From IMG/VR virus record IMGVR_UViG_3300025137_005412, positions 88,042-152,041 of that record: a stretch of DNA of 64,000 nt, one strand, 5' to 3'. Under the pieces are notes generated by a model. It did no database searches and had not been told where the DNA came from. It was given only the letters and a program-made list of their open reading frames with translations. This DNA comes from a virus. This document shows positions 39,995-49,771 of the stretch, piece after piece. Both the position numbers and the translations under genes were made by a program. Position 1 is the stretch's first letter; every line of letters starts with the position of its first letter.

Positions 39995-40595
39995 CATCTG
40001 AATTAAATCTATTCTCTTTATTATCATAAAAGTATTCACCAGGATAAGCGTCATTACAATCGTTTAACCATGTAGTTCCTGGATTTAAAATCATTTTACC
40101 AAACCAGGACGATGGAACATATAATAATTCTAGCCTTTCTTTTACTGAATCCTCAACAAAGTACTGTTCTCCATTTATGGGACCATGTGTTATGCCGGCT
40201 CCAATGTAGTGGTTCATCCAGTACTCCGGATCAGAACACAATTTCTTGTAAATATACTTACAGTCTTTGGGATAATACTTGTAAAATGCCCCATTCAGAG
40301 AATAGTCAGTATGAAGAGTATCTTTCCACCAAGCATTTAGACCCAGAAATTGACCTTTTTGAATTGGATATTCAATAAGTTCCATATAGTTATTCATTAA
40401 TAATATATCAATATCAATCACAACAACAGGATCATCAACAGGCCAATCCATAAATGAAATTTTATTCCACTGAAGTTTAAATCTTGAATCTGATTTTCTT
40501 ATAAATGTGATATTAGGTATCTTTGATTTAAGATACTCTTCGTATTCTGGTCCATACTTATCACCTATTCTTACTGCCAGTACTCTTGTACCCAT
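39927..40595 (-). CDS. Glycosyltransferase (GT-A fold, GT8-like)
   Basis: G.KYG..Y, WNK, DxD motif IDIDI, NG, GEQ, KLVHF. Confidence 0.7.
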   Translation of the reverse strand: MGTRVLAVRIGDKYGPEYEEYLKSKIPNITFIRKSDSRFKLQWNKISFMDWPVDDPVVVIDIDILLMNNYMELIEYPIQKGQFLGLNAWWKDTLHTDYSLNGAFYKYYPKDCKYIYKKLCSDPEYWMNHYIGAGITHGPINGEQYFVEDSVKERLELLYVPSSWFGKMILNPGTTWLNDCNDAYPGEYFYDNKENRFNSDVKLVHFQKTHSLHELWRTTQQG

Positions 40596-41353
40596 TCGAA
40601 ATTCTCCGCTGCTTGATGTAGTTCTTGTTGAAAGTGTTTGTTTTTACCATATTCATCTGTATTGAATACACATACTATCTTATCAGATCTATGTCTGTGC
40701 ATTCCAATATCATGTGGCCACTCACAACCACGATTAAATGAATAATAATACTTAGGTGGTACATGATCAAAGTGATCATAATGTTTTCCTGTAATCCAAT
40801 TATCTGAACCACCTGTGTAAATAAAGTAAATTTTTTCTGCGTGTTTTTTTAAATCTTTCCATAATGTTTTGCCTTGGTCATCATTCCAAATCATCATACC
40901 ACCATTACATCTAGCACCATAATTCTTTTTCCAAAATGGTTTCTTTTCATCATCCATATTATGCCACCAAGAACGACCAATCATTGGTTTATCTTTATGT
41001 AATTTTATTATAGGAATTAAACTATTTTGTATTACAACATCTAAATCAAAGAACATTTTTTGACCTTTAATTCCCCATCCATTTGGTTTCCAATAATTTA
41101 GTTTAGGTCTATCCCATAATCTAGGTAAACCTGTAATGAATTCTTTTGATGCGAACATTTCATCTGGTGTTGAGTTTGGTAGGTCAGTAAGAAAAGGTAG
41201 ATGAACTATATTACTATCCATTCCATGTGTGTCATCAGTCTGACAATAAAATGTAAATTCAGCAGGTAAGTTTCTTTTTACCATATTGTATAGTCTATTG
41301 ACATAATCAATACTATATTTAGTTCCCCATCTTACACAATTTACGTGAATCAT
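40571..41353 (-). CDS. Glycosyltransferase (GT-A fold)
   Basis: CVRWGTKYS..YVN.LY.MV.RNL...F.C.TDD, FFDLDVVI, NGGMM.W, YSF, IVCVF. Confidence 0.8.
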   Translation of the reverse strand: MIHVNCVRWGTKYSIDYVNRLYNMVKRNLPAEFTFYCQTDDTHGMDSNIVHLPFLTDLPNSTPDEMFASKEFITGLPRLWDRPKLNYWKPNGWGIKGQKMFFDLDVVIQNSLIPIIKLHKDKPMIGRSWWHNMDDEKKPFWKKNYGARCNGGMMIWNDDQGKTLWKDLKKHAEKIYFIYTGGSDNWITGKHYDHFDHVPPKYYYSFNRGCEWPHDIGMHRHRSDKIVCVFNTDEYGKNKHFQQELHQAAENFEWVQEYWQ

Positions 41354-41997
41354 TTGTATCCTAAAACCATGAATCTTTTATGATAATCATCATAATCATG
41401 GAATTGCCTTTCACCTTTATATACTACTTCTTTAAAATTACATTGTTCAACAAAATCATCTAATGTGTCTACACAATTTATATGTGATGGGTCTTTTGTA
41501 AAGTTTGTTGATTGAAATACACATAGACCTTTAGGTTTAAACTCATCAGTCATAGGATACATGTGTTCACAACTTGTATTAATCCATATATCAGCTTTAA
41601 CTCTAGATAACTTTTTCATTTCCCAGTTTATATCTACATAATGTTTTATAACATTTTTCTTACCATGTAATTTAATGGCAATATCCAATGCTTCTTCATC
41701 AAAATCAACTAAGTGTATTTGATCATTAGGCCAGAAAAATTTAATGATTAATGGAACTGTAAGTGTACCATACCAAGAACCCATTATCCACCATTGAGTA
41801 TTTGCATCGATATCAGCATATACCTTAAGCACATCCATCATCCATGTCTTTGCAATAAATTGATTACGAGAATATGACTTTGCAAAGTCTTCTACACGAT
41901 GTGGATAGTGATGAAGTATATCCTGCATCTGACGACTCCATTCCCATACAGGAAATGGAAATCTTTCCATAATTTCTGTTTGTTCCATCATCGCCAT
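41350..41997 (-). CDS. Class I SAM-dependent methyltransferase-like protein
   Basis: IMGSWYG (motif I), VDFD (motif II), INTSCEHM, QSTN, RFMVLG. Confidence 0.7.
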   Translation of the reverse strand: MAMMEQTEIMERFPFPVWEWSRQMQDILHHYPHRVEDFAKSYSRNQFIAKTWMMDVLKVYADIDANTQWWIMGSWYGTLTVPLIIKFFWPNDQIHLVDFDEEALDIAIKLHGKKNVIKHYVDINWEMKKLSRVKADIWINTSCEHMYPMTDEFKPKGLCVFQSTNFTKDPSHINCVDTLDDFVEQCNFKEVVYKGERQFHDYDDYHKRFMVLGYK

Positions 41998-42671
41998 AGT
42001 TTTTTTATCCAGGGTTCATCAATTTTATCTTGTTTAATAGTATTATAATCAAATAGAATTATACTTGAATTCTCTCTATATTCTTGTTTACATGTCCAAT
42101 ATGAGTAAGTATGTGTCTGATCCAGTGCATAAGTATTAATATCTTTTTTGTGTCTACTTTCAAGCCAGTTATCGATACCTTTATATAGAAACATAATCTT
42201 CTCTCTATTATTTATGAAATCTTCCCATATAAAATGTTTTTTTGTGTACTTATTCCAACACATAATAGATGAGTTTACAGAACAGAATTTATAGTTATCA
42301 CCAATAGTCCATTTCTTTTGCTGATCTAGATCAATCCAGTTTGTGTGTAGTATATTCATAAAATATCTTGGTTGATATAAGAATGTTATGTCATGTTGAA
42401 TTATTATATCGAGATCAAGAAAGATTCCAGATTCAATTGGAAACTTCTCATCAAACATTAACATTTTCCACCACCACTTATCTAACGGTAATTTTGGTAA
42501 TGGTATTATATCAATATTAGGTGAGATACCTGATGGATTCTCCGTCATACAATGTAGTTTATATGGAGCAGATACATTTCTAGATAACATGCTATCTAGC
42601 TTGTTTACAAATTCTGATGTATATTTAGTACCTGATTTAAGGCACACAAAGTCTATTTTCGCTGGCAACAT
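41988..42671 (-). CDS. Glycosyltransferase (GT-A fold)
   Basis: CLKSGTKY, WWWKM..F, FLDLDIII, NSSIM.W, G.DNW, YSY. Confidence 0.8.
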   Translation of the reverse strand: MLPAKIDFVCLKSGTKYTSEFVNKLDSMLSRNVSAPYKLHCMTENPSGISPNIDIIPLPKLPLDKWWWKMLMFDEKFPIESGIFLDLDIIIQHDITFLYQPRYFMNILHTNWIDLDQQKKWTIGDNYKFCSVNSSIMCWNKYTKKHFIWEDFINNREKIMFLYKGIDNWLESRHKKDINTYALDQTHTYSYWTCKQEYRENSSIILFDYNTIKQDKIDEPWIKKLWR

Positions 42672-42688
42672 ATTATAACCTTATACTC

Positions 42689-42728
42689 TATTTATACGGC
42701 TTCTTAACTCGTAAAAACGATATAAATA
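42689..42728. promoter_or_regulatory. Divergent perfect late promoters: - strand 42689-42696 (GT/MTase operon) and + strand 42721-42728
   Basis: TATAAATA on both strands within a 61-nt intergenic region. Confidence 0.7.
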
Positions 42729-42732
42729 ATAC

Positions 42733-43152
42733 ATGTATGCAGTAAAGACTATATTATCAGTCCCTACAGATGAAACAGTGACCGAAGCAGAATTTGGTTT
42801 ATTCGTCTATTCCCATATGACAAGAGATGAACTCTCTGCTCTCTTAGAGTCACAAGGTCCATTCGTTGAAGATAACGAAATGTTATTCTTTATTAGATTA
42901 TTAGATGAAAAGAATAAGAGTCCTGGTGAGTTTACGATGAACACATTTAGAGTCATGAAAGATGAGGACTCAGCTAATAGAATGTTAGCAATAATTGATC
43001 CTATACTTGCTGGTATACCATCTAGTGGTGGTGGTACAGTAGAACATATTGTATCAGAAATTACTTATGATGAGTTTGTAGAATTGCAAGCAAAAGTAGG
43101 TACTAAGTACTACTTCCCCGGTCTTGCGGATGAGTTGGAGAAATACGAGTAG
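42733..43152 (+). CDS. Acidic hypothetical protein
   Basis: 139 aa; perfect TATAAATA 4 nt upstream of the ATG. Confidence 0.6.
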   Translation: MYAVKTILSVPTDETVTEAEFGLFVYSHMTRDELSALLESQGPFVEDNEMLFFIRLLDEKNKSPGEFTMNTFRVMKDEDSANRMLAIIDPILAGIPSSGGGTVEHIVSEITYDEFVELQAKVGTKYYFPGLADELEKYE

Positions 43153-43870
43153 GATCTTCAAATAAAGTTTTACCTTCTTTAATCCATTTCACACCATTAT
43201 TAAAAGCTCCAGCCTTAATTTTAACAGCATTAAAATCATTCTTCTTTATTGGAAAGTCTGTATATCCATTTTCATCATATATAGAACATAAGAAATGCCA
43301 TCTATCTTTTTTAGATTCATTTACTATCTTGTGCATTAGATTTACTCTCATAACATATACAGAACCATCAGCAGGTAAATATACTTCATCAACAATCTTA
43401 TCATCCTCATAGATTCTATGTTTACATTTTTCATTTGTGATTAAAGGTACATGTAATCTACAAGCATATTCACCTTTCAAAGAGTCTGTATGAGTTGTGC
43501 TTTTGCCATCTGCTTTTAGTACTGTGTATCTTGCACGTCTTGGGTTCAGACCAAGATCTACAAGTTTATCTACAAGTTTTTCTGTTTCACCTACACAAAG
43601 TTTAGTTTTCTTGTCATAGTTATATTCAAAATTGATACCTTTATCAACTGCCTTTTGAAAGTCAATCTTACCATCAACCCAAACTTGTTTACCAGACATC
43701 ATACCACCAGTAAATTCTCCAGTATCTGTTAATAGACCAAAACCACCAAACATAGGACCATAACCATGATTATCATAAGTTGCCTTATTCATAGCCTTAA
43801 CGACTTCTAGTTGCTTGCAGATTTTATCTACATCAACTGTAAAATCTAATTTTTGTAGCCACTTATCCAA
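43103..43870 (-). CDS. Aspartyl/asparaginyl beta-hydroxylase-like Fe(II)/2OG dioxygenase
   Basis: RAR...HTD...RLHVPLITN...DGSVY...H...N....R.HF. Confidence 0.8.
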   Translation of the reverse strand: MDKWLQKLDFTVDVDKICKQLEVVKAMNKATYDNHGYGPMFGGFGLLTDTGEFTGGMMSGKQVWVDGKIDFQKAVDKGINFEYNYDKKTKLCVGETEKLVDKLVDLGLNPRRARYTVLKADGKSTTHTDSLKGEYACRLHVPLITNEKCKHRIYEDDKIVDEVYLPADGSVYVMRVNLMHKIVNESKKDRWHFLCSIYDENGYTDFPIKKNDFNAVKIKAGAFNNGVKWIKEGKTLFEDPTRISPTHPQDRGSST

Positions 43871-44603
43871 TTGTATATGTTCCTAAATCTGATTTTAATT
43901 TTGCGTTTACAACTAAATGAGTTCTATTCAATTTAGATGAGAAGTTATAGAATGAATGAAACTTATGACCAGTATTGCAAAGATATAAACTACCGTCAGC
44001 TTTCAAATAATAAGGCTGATCTAAAAAATACATGATAGACCATTGATGTGATACTATTGGTAAATGTATCCTCAATGATTTAGGTTCATCTACATGCTCT
44101 AGACAAAAATGTCTTGGATATGTTTTTAATAATCTTGCTCTATATAAATGTAAATCTGGAAATTGCTCTTGACACAAATCAAAGAATGGTTGAAACATCT
44201 TACCGGCTTCGTTTAGTTTACTTCTATCGTATTGCCAACTATCAAAGTGTTCAGTACCTACTTTAAGATAGTCTTTATAATTAATATCTTTATAATTACC
44301 TAGATCTTTTGAACCCGAAGCTTGATTTACACCATCAGAATATGGATTATCTTCATCAAAATATTGTAAAGCAAGACCTTCATATGTGTCTTGATTATCT
44401 TTTTTGTAGAAAGTAAATTTAGATTCAACTTCTTTTAAAATTTCTTTATACATTTTAATGTCAAGGCTGGCCTTGATCTTGATAATATCAAAATTTCTAG
44501 TTGTTTCTAATAATTCTTTAGCGGTATTGAAATCGCCTTTTTCCATAAGTTCCCTATTGAGTTGTAGGTTTGCCAGGTAGTTGTTGTTTATTAAACATTC
44601 CAA
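43863..44603 (-). CDS. Aspartyl/asparaginyl beta-hydroxylase-like Fe(II)/2OG dioxygenase
   Basis: RARLL...HVD...RIHLPI...DGSLY.CNT...HSFYN....RTHLV. True start may be a little downstream. Confidence 0.8.
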   Translation of the reverse strand: MECLINNNYLANLQLNRELMEKGDFNTAKELLETTRNFDIIKIKASLDIKMYKEILKEVESKFTFYKKDNQDTYEGLALQYFDEDNPYSDGVNQASGSKDLGNYKDINYKDYLKVGTEHFDSWQYDRSKLNEAGKMFQPFFDLCQEQFPDLHLYRARLLKTYPRHFCLEHVDEPKSLRIHLPIVSHQWSIMYFLDQPYYLKADGSLYLCNTGHKFHSFYNFSSKLNRTHLVVNAKLKSDLGTYTIG

Positions 44604-45288
44604 CTACTATCTCATCTATATTTATGTAATCTGGTAAGGTCATTATGAATTCAGCAATGATAGGCAAATCTTCTCTACCGATTGGAAAGAAAGAATGAAA
44701 TGGTATCTTTCCTCTGTGGTAGTTTTCTTTTAAGTAGTAATCTAAATCTGCTTCTTCTACATGACCTTGATTTATCTTTATTCTTCTTGCTAAGTCAGCA
44801 TCAACCATCTCTGTCTTTACAATACCAGGAACTAAATTTACTACATGAACCGGTCTATTTTTCGACATATTAACATTGTTTGCAAACTCATAGAATGCTT
44901 TCTTACTAGAATAGTAATAAGATCTTTCTCTTGACATATCTTGCCAGCCGTACATTCTGATTCCATAACTAACTACATTAAAGATATGAGTATATGGCAA
45001 CATCTTATCATAGAATCCTTCAAATATATGACCTGCTGCAATAGTATTAAGTTGATATGTATCTTCAAAGTTATCTCTAAAACCACCTGCATTATTAATA
45101 ACTACATTAGGTTGGTGTTTCGCAATCAAGTCATACCTAAAATCTTTGTCAGTGATATCTCCTGGATCTGTAATCCATTCTTTCTCAGTTCTTGCAGTTG
45201 TTATAAGATCATACTTATCTTTATAATGATCAACAAATGATTTTCCTATTCCGGAAGATGCACCTGTTATTAACATTTTCTTAGCCAT
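44554..45288 (-). CDS. Short-chain dehydrogenase/reductase
   Basis: TGASSGIG, INNAG, YxxxK (YYSSK), PGIVKT. Confidence 0.9.
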   Translation of the reverse strand: MAKKMLITGASSGIGKSFVDHYKDKYDLITTARTEKEWITDPGDITDKDFRYDLIAKHQPNVVINNAGGFRDNFEDTYQLNTIAAGHIFEGFYDKMLPYTHIFNVVSYGIRMYGWQDMSRERSYYYSSKKAFYEFANNVNMSKNRPVHVVNLVPGIVKTEMVDADLARRIKINQGHVEEADLDYYLKENYHRGKIPFHSFFPIGREDLPIIAEFIMTLPDYINIDEIVVGMFNKQQLPGKPTTQ

Positions 45289-46256
45289 TATTTACCCTCT
45301 AGTTGTTTCATTAAATCATTGTACTCAATTTTTACTTCTTGTGAGTAGTCTTTATATTCTTCCATTAAAACTGGTCTTAGTTGTTTATCCATTTTACCTA
45401 AATTTTCAAATCCATCATATTTTTTCTTTTGAGAAATACCTGGAAAATACTTATTGTATATCTCTGTCTTTGTACTTGTATTAGATAACTTTCCAAATCT
45501 TTCATTATTTACTAACTTCACTGTAGTACTTTCAGATAAAAATGAATGCATAATTTCTGGTGTGTATTGAAAAAATCCAGGTATGCTTTGAATTTTTTGT
45601 CTTACAGCAAATCTATACCAACTATTAATCTTTTCTCTCTCATAGAAATACCATGGTGCTGGTTCAAAATCATCTTTATCATTTCTTCTTATATCACCAT
45701 CAACTAAATCATAATATTGTTTTACATTACCGTGAGCTAAATAGCATTCACCCATACCCATAACAGGTATGCCATCAGAGAGTCTTTCCATTAATAACAT
45801 GTGTGGTAAAATTCTAGGTGTAATTGATTTAGAAATATTTGCGTACTTCAAACCTTCTTCATGTAGCCACTGCATTATTGGTACTTCATGCAAACAATAC
45901 TCTAAATTGTTATTTTCGCAGAATATAATAGCATGTGCTATATCATGTATATTAAGATTAGGATCATATGTCATGATATTAATATTGACTTTAATGTTTT
46001 GATCTATAAAAGATCTTACCATTATTTCTGATTCAGAACCACCACTATACATAAGTTCAATTGATGTACCCATCATATATGCATAATCATTTATTTTTTG
46101 AGCTACATCATAACATTCGGATTTAAAATCCATTGGTGTACGAGATACTTTACCAAATTCAACAGTGTATCTATCTTGAGGTTTCACTCTTTCAGTAAAC
46201 CATCTCTTATTATAGCCCCACTTAAAGTGGTTGTTATGTGTGAACTGGTGTTCCAT
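45288..46256 (-). CDS. PP-loop (adenine nucleotide alpha-hydrolase, asparagine-synthase-like) enzyme
   Basis: LMYSGGSES PP-loop variant; C-terminal K..Y......KKYDGFE. Confidence 0.6.
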   Translation of the reverse strand: MEHQFTHNNHFKWGYNKRWFTERVKPQDRYTVEFGKVSRTPMDFKSECYDVAQKINDYAYMMGTSIELMYSGGSESEIMVRSFIDQNIKVNINIMTYDPNLNIHDIAHAIIFCENNNLEYCLHEVPIMQWLHEEGLKYANISKSITPRILPHMLLMERLSDGIPVMGMGECYLAHGNVKQYYDLVDGDIRRNDKDDFEPAPWYFYEREKINSWYRFAVRQKIQSIPGFFQYTPEIMHSFLSESTTVKLVNNERFGKLSNTSTKTEIYNKYFPGISQKKKYDGFENLGKMDKQLRPVLMEEYKDYSQEVKIEYNDLMKQLEGK

Positions 46257-47196
46257 AATAGGTATTATACCCTTTTATAATAGGTTTATTTGTGTTTCTC
46301 TTACTCACGTCTATAGAAACAGTGTCTTCATTCATACTAAAGAATCCATTTGTTTTATGTTGCATCTCTAACATTTCATTTCTACAGAATTTTTCATAAA
46401 ACTTATGACGTAATATGTTATGTTTAACATACTCGGTTTTATTTTCTGGTTGCAATGTAAAATCTTTCATACGATCTTCTTCTGGCATCCAGCTTTCGTT
46501 CTTTAAATTAAAGTATTCAGTTGTATTTGATTTTATTTTCTTTATATCATCAAATTCAATAAAGTCTACATTAAGTGATGATAGTTCGTATATCAGATAA
46601 TATGATCTTATATAGAAAGACAGATACCATTCAATACTTCTACCTTCTATTTCTGGAGGAACAAGAGAAAGCTTTGACAATCCCATTCCTTCAGGTACAT
46701 CATGCCACGTATGAGGATCATCAAACTTTTCATCTTTATAAAAATGATATTTGTTTTTAAATATACTCCATGCAAAACTAAATGCACCATCAATAAAATT
46801 CTTTCTCCAAGTCATTTTAATATCATTATCAAATAACTTCTCTAGAAAATATGGATATTTTGATAAATGAAATAAATGATTGAGATTAATCTTCATAAGA
46901 GATTTATCAAATCTAAAATTAAATTTCTCTATAACAAATTTGATATATTCTGTAAGATAACCGTTGTTTTCCATGTATATACCTGCAATTAAGTTTTCAA
47001 AATCTTTAGTATCATGTTGCTTTGCAGATTTTAATCTAGGAGGATTATCCCAGTGATAGTCTCTTACTTTCGAATGAGGCCAAATAAACTCATGCATAAA
47101 ACCTATCTGTTCACCATTTAATACTCTTTCTCTATATCTTTGTTGCATATAGAACGTAGAACCACTGCGTGGCAATGATAAGATAACTTCACTCAT
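46234..47196 (-). CDS. Sulfotransferase-like protein
   Basis: N-terminal 5'-PSB loop LPRSGST, HE.F, 3'-PB R.N......S. Confidence 0.6.
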   Translation of the reverse strand: MSEVILSLPRSGSTFYMQQRYRERVLNGEQIGFMHEFIWPHSKVRDYHWDNPPRLKSAKQHDTKDFENLIAGIYMENNGYLTEYIKFVIEKFNFRFDKSLMKINLNHLFHLSKYPYFLEKLFDNDIKMTWRKNFIDGAFSFAWSIFKNKYHFYKDEKFDDPHTWHDVPEGMGLSKLSLVPPEIEGRSIEWYLSFYIRSYYLIYELSSLNVDFIEFDDIKKIKSNTTEYFNLKNESWMPEEDRMKDFTLQPENKTEYVKHNILRHKFYEKFCRNEMLEMQHKTNGFFSMNEDTVSIDVSKRNTNKPIIKGYNTYYGTPVHT

Positions 47197-48239
47197 ATTG
47201 TTGTAAAACTTGCACCAAACATTTCAGGTCTAAATAGCGGCTTTCCTTTTTTCTTTTTAGTTTCATCAATGTAAAGTTTAGTACCATCTTCACTAAGGTT
47301 TAGTAAGCCTTTAGATTCTGCACAGACTTCTTTCATTCTCTTCACAGCTTTTACTTTTAGCTTATCTACGTGTTTAATATGTTCTTCTACAAATTGATTT
47401 TTGTTTTCAAATCTCTTAGGATTTCTCATCCAGTATGGATCTGGAATATACTTTTTAAATTCATAATCACCCTTTACAAGGTTATAAAACTCTTCTTCAT
47501 TGTTTTCAATATGAGATATCTCTTTCATTTCTAAAATATTAAAGTCTACTTCATCAGTAAACAAATGATATATTTCACCATAAGATTGATCGATAGTCAT
47601 CTTTGCAAGAAATGGATTTGCCCACACTTGTTTTACTTTCATACCACCGTGAACCCAAGTACTGGTATCTTCTAGCTCTTCATCATTATAAAAATGAAAC
47701 TTATCGTGTAATGCACCCCATACAAATGAAGTGTATGCCTTAAGCCAATCTTCTCGATATAAGAAAATCCAATTATAAGAATCTAAGATATTCATACCGC
47801 ATTTCTTATCAGCAATATAACCTGTCACTAAATCCATAGGAAATGCTTTCATATGAAGATTATCAAGATCATATTCTTTTAACTTATTTACTCTTTCAGC
47901 TATAATCTCTAAAGCCATATCAGCTTCTTCACCCTTATCATATGCATCTGTGCTACCAGGAAAGCCATAAGATTTTCTAAAAAAGTATCCAGCCCAAGCA
48001 TCTTTATCGTTATAGTTCTTAATTCTCGGTAGCTCGTCCCAGTAGAATTCATATATACCGTTTCTGATTCTAAAGAATTCATCTAGAAATCCAATCGGTT
48101 GTGTTGGATTATTAATTACTGCTTGACGATATATTTGTCTACTTAAAAATGTAGTACCACATCTACCCATACCAGAAATTGCTACAGGCTTGTTTGTTTT
48201 ATTGAGTGCTAATACGTCGTTAGTTGTCTTGATTTTCAA
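47193..48239 (-). CDS. Sulfotransferase-like protein (paralogue of the neighbour)
   Basis: MGRCGTT loop, EFF, FLYREDW....TS. Shares IGF..EF, W+.LPR+K and K+HFY.DE..+D..TW segments with 46234-47196. Confidence 0.6.
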   Translation of the reverse strand: MKIKTTNDVLALNKTNKPVAISGMGRCGTTFLSRQIYRQAVINNPTQPIGFLDEFFRIRNGIYEFYWDELPRIKNYNDKDAWAGYFFRKSYGFPGSTDAYDKGEEADMALEIIAERVNKLKEYDLDNLHMKAFPMDLVTGYIADKKCGMNILDSYNWIFLYREDWLKAYTSFVWGALHDKFHFYNDEELEDTSTWVHGGMKVKQVWANPFLAKMTIDQSYGEIYHLFTDEVDFNILEMKEISHIENNEEEFYNLVKGDYEFKKYIPDPYWMRNPKRFENKNQFVEEHIKHVDKLKVKAVKRMKEVCAESKGLLNLSEDGTKLYIDETKKKKGKPLFRPEMFGASFTTI

Positions 48240-48834
48240 GCCAATCTCCTATGTAAGTATAATTTTTAATGACCATATTTGCTGGCCATTTTCTATTTCC
48301 TGTAAGAAGCTTAAATCCAGTCCATTTAGTTTCAGTATTCTTATCTACAAATTCTTCAATACCAATAACCCATTTACCATCACCTGCATTATTAAGTAAT
48401 TTTCTTTTAGCTTTTTGAATTATTGATTTATTAGTAAGTGCATCCAATGAGGTTTCTACATCTGAGAATGCAAATCCCTGTTTAATACCGTTATCTAACA
48501 TCCAAGAAAAATGTTTTCTCCAGATATCTTCTGTGATAGGCATGATTCGTATACCTAAATTTTCTTTTGATACATGAATTGTAGTTGTACATCTTGGCAT
48601 GAGCTTCCATTTGTATACTCCACATATACATAATAGCTCATCTTTATCTACATATCCCCATAAGAAATATGGTTCATTAGGATCAAAGTACTTATCAATA
48701 TACTCATCACTCCATATATCCTCAAAATCTATGGAGTCTTTATCAATACCGCTGTGTGTTTTTCTTAATGATAAAAGTCTCTTTACTTGATCTTTCCATT
48801 TATCATCTAAAATCTTAACTTTTTCCAAACTCAT
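48220..48834 (-). CDS. GNAT-fold acyltransferase-like protein
   Basis: LWGYVDKDELL.I.G...W..MP pattern; resembles the adjacent gene. Confidence 0.4.
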   Translation of the reverse strand: MSLEKVKILDDKWKDQVKRLLSLRKTHSGIDKDSIDFEDIWSDEYIDKYFDPNEPYFLWGYVDKDELLCICGVYKWKLMPRCTTTIHVSKENLGIRIMPITEDIWRKHFSWMLDNGIKQGFAFSDVETSLDALTNKSIIQKAKRKLLNNAGDGKWVIGIEEFVDKNTETKWTGFKLLTGNRKWPANMVIKNYTYIGDWLENQDN

Positions 48835-49498
48835 TATCTTTTTCCTGTAAAGGTTTATATTCTACTTTCAGATATTCTTTAAATCTTTCATGTTGTATAT
48901 GAGGTTTGATCTTAGCAGACTTTATTGCTAGATCAGTTGGATGGGTACGATAACCCATTATAACTTTTTCGTAATCAAATTTTGGCTCTTCACCAGCAGG
49001 AATTACATTCTCTATAAACACATTATATCTTTTGAAAGTGCTACTATAATTATACCAAAATTGCTCTCTTCTATTCCAACCTTTTGTACTTGTGACCCAG
49101 TAGAATTGTGTATATCCATATTGCTCAGCATCTAGTACTGCCAAATCAAGCAGTTCAGAAGTCATTTTGGCAGCCTCTCGGTAGCTTTTTAGACTCGGAC
49201 ATGTTATCATATTGCCAACATACCAAGATGGCATCCTCGATGTCGAGAAGCGTTGTGTCAGTATAACCATAAGCTCATTATTAGAGAAATAACCAAAGGC
49301 TCTACCTTTATTAACTTCATTAGGTAAACCATTGACCCATTTGAAATTCATATGTTCTTCAAGGAACAAGTTATATTGCTCATCTACATTTTCATTAGTT
49401 CTAGCTTGTATTGGATTTTTAGACAGTTGAATGTATCTACGCATCATAAGATCGTAGATTTGATCCTTGTCAAGTGTTGTAAGTTCTCGCATAGTCAT
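48815..49498 (-). CDS. GNAT-fold acyltransferase-like protein
   Basis: MRELT..D, AFGYF.N.EL, MPSWY, LLDLAV..AE..GY..FY. Confidence 0.45.
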   Translation of the reverse strand: MTMRELTTLDKDQIYDLMMRRYIQLSKNPIQARTNENVDEQYNLFLEEHMNFKWVNGLPNEVNKGRAFGYFSNNELMVILTQRFSTSRMPSWYVGNMITCPSLKSYREAAKMTSELLDLAVLDAEQYGYTQFYWVTSTKGWNRREQFWYNYSSTFKRYNVFIENVIPAGEEPKFDYEKVIMGYRTHPTDLAIKSAKIKPHIQHERFKEYLKVEYKPLQEKDNEFGKS

Positions 49499-49508
49499 TG
49501 TATATAGA

Positions 49509-49516
49509 TATTTATA
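49509..49516 (-). promoter_or_regulatory. Perfect late promoter for the GNAT-sulfotransferase-SDR-hydroxylase operon
   Basis: TATAAATA on the - strand, 10 nt before ATG 49498. Confidence 0.65.
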
Positions 49517-49764
49517 TGCCTTATGTAGTTGATAATAGATGTATTGGATGCAAGCACCTCACATGTGTAGACGTATGTCCTGTGGACTGCTTCTTTGAAG
49601 GTGATGATATGTTAGTAATCGATCCTGAAATATGTATTGATTGTGGAATTTGTGTACCTGAATGCCCAGAAGATGCTATAATAGATGCTACTGAATCTGA
49701 AGAATGGGCAAAATTCAATGCAGAGAAGTCACTGATATGGCCAAACATCACACCAAAGAAATAA
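49516..49764 (+). CDS. fdxA: Ferredoxin (FdxA-like dicluster type)
   Basis: MPYVV...[18 protein letters not shown]...[18 protein letters not shown] and W..FN....WPNIT tail. Start taken at ATG 49516. Confidence 0.9.
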   Translation: MPYVVDNRCIGCKHLTCVDVCPVDCFFEGDDMLVIDPEICIDCGICVPECPEDAIIDATESEEWAKFNAEKSLIWPNITPKK

Positions 49765-49767
49765 ATA
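49760..49767 (+). promoter_or_regulatory. Putative late promoter for the desaturase
   Basis: AATAAATA-atat-ATG(49772). Confidence 0.5.
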
Positions 49768-49771
49768 ATAT

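Noticed and set aside
39927-42671. Glycosyltransferases as T4-type DNA glucosyltransferases
   Set aside because: T4 alpha/beta-glucosyltransferases are GT-B enzymes, whereas these have GT-A DxD motifs and a late promoter in the structural module. Not fully excluded without experiments.
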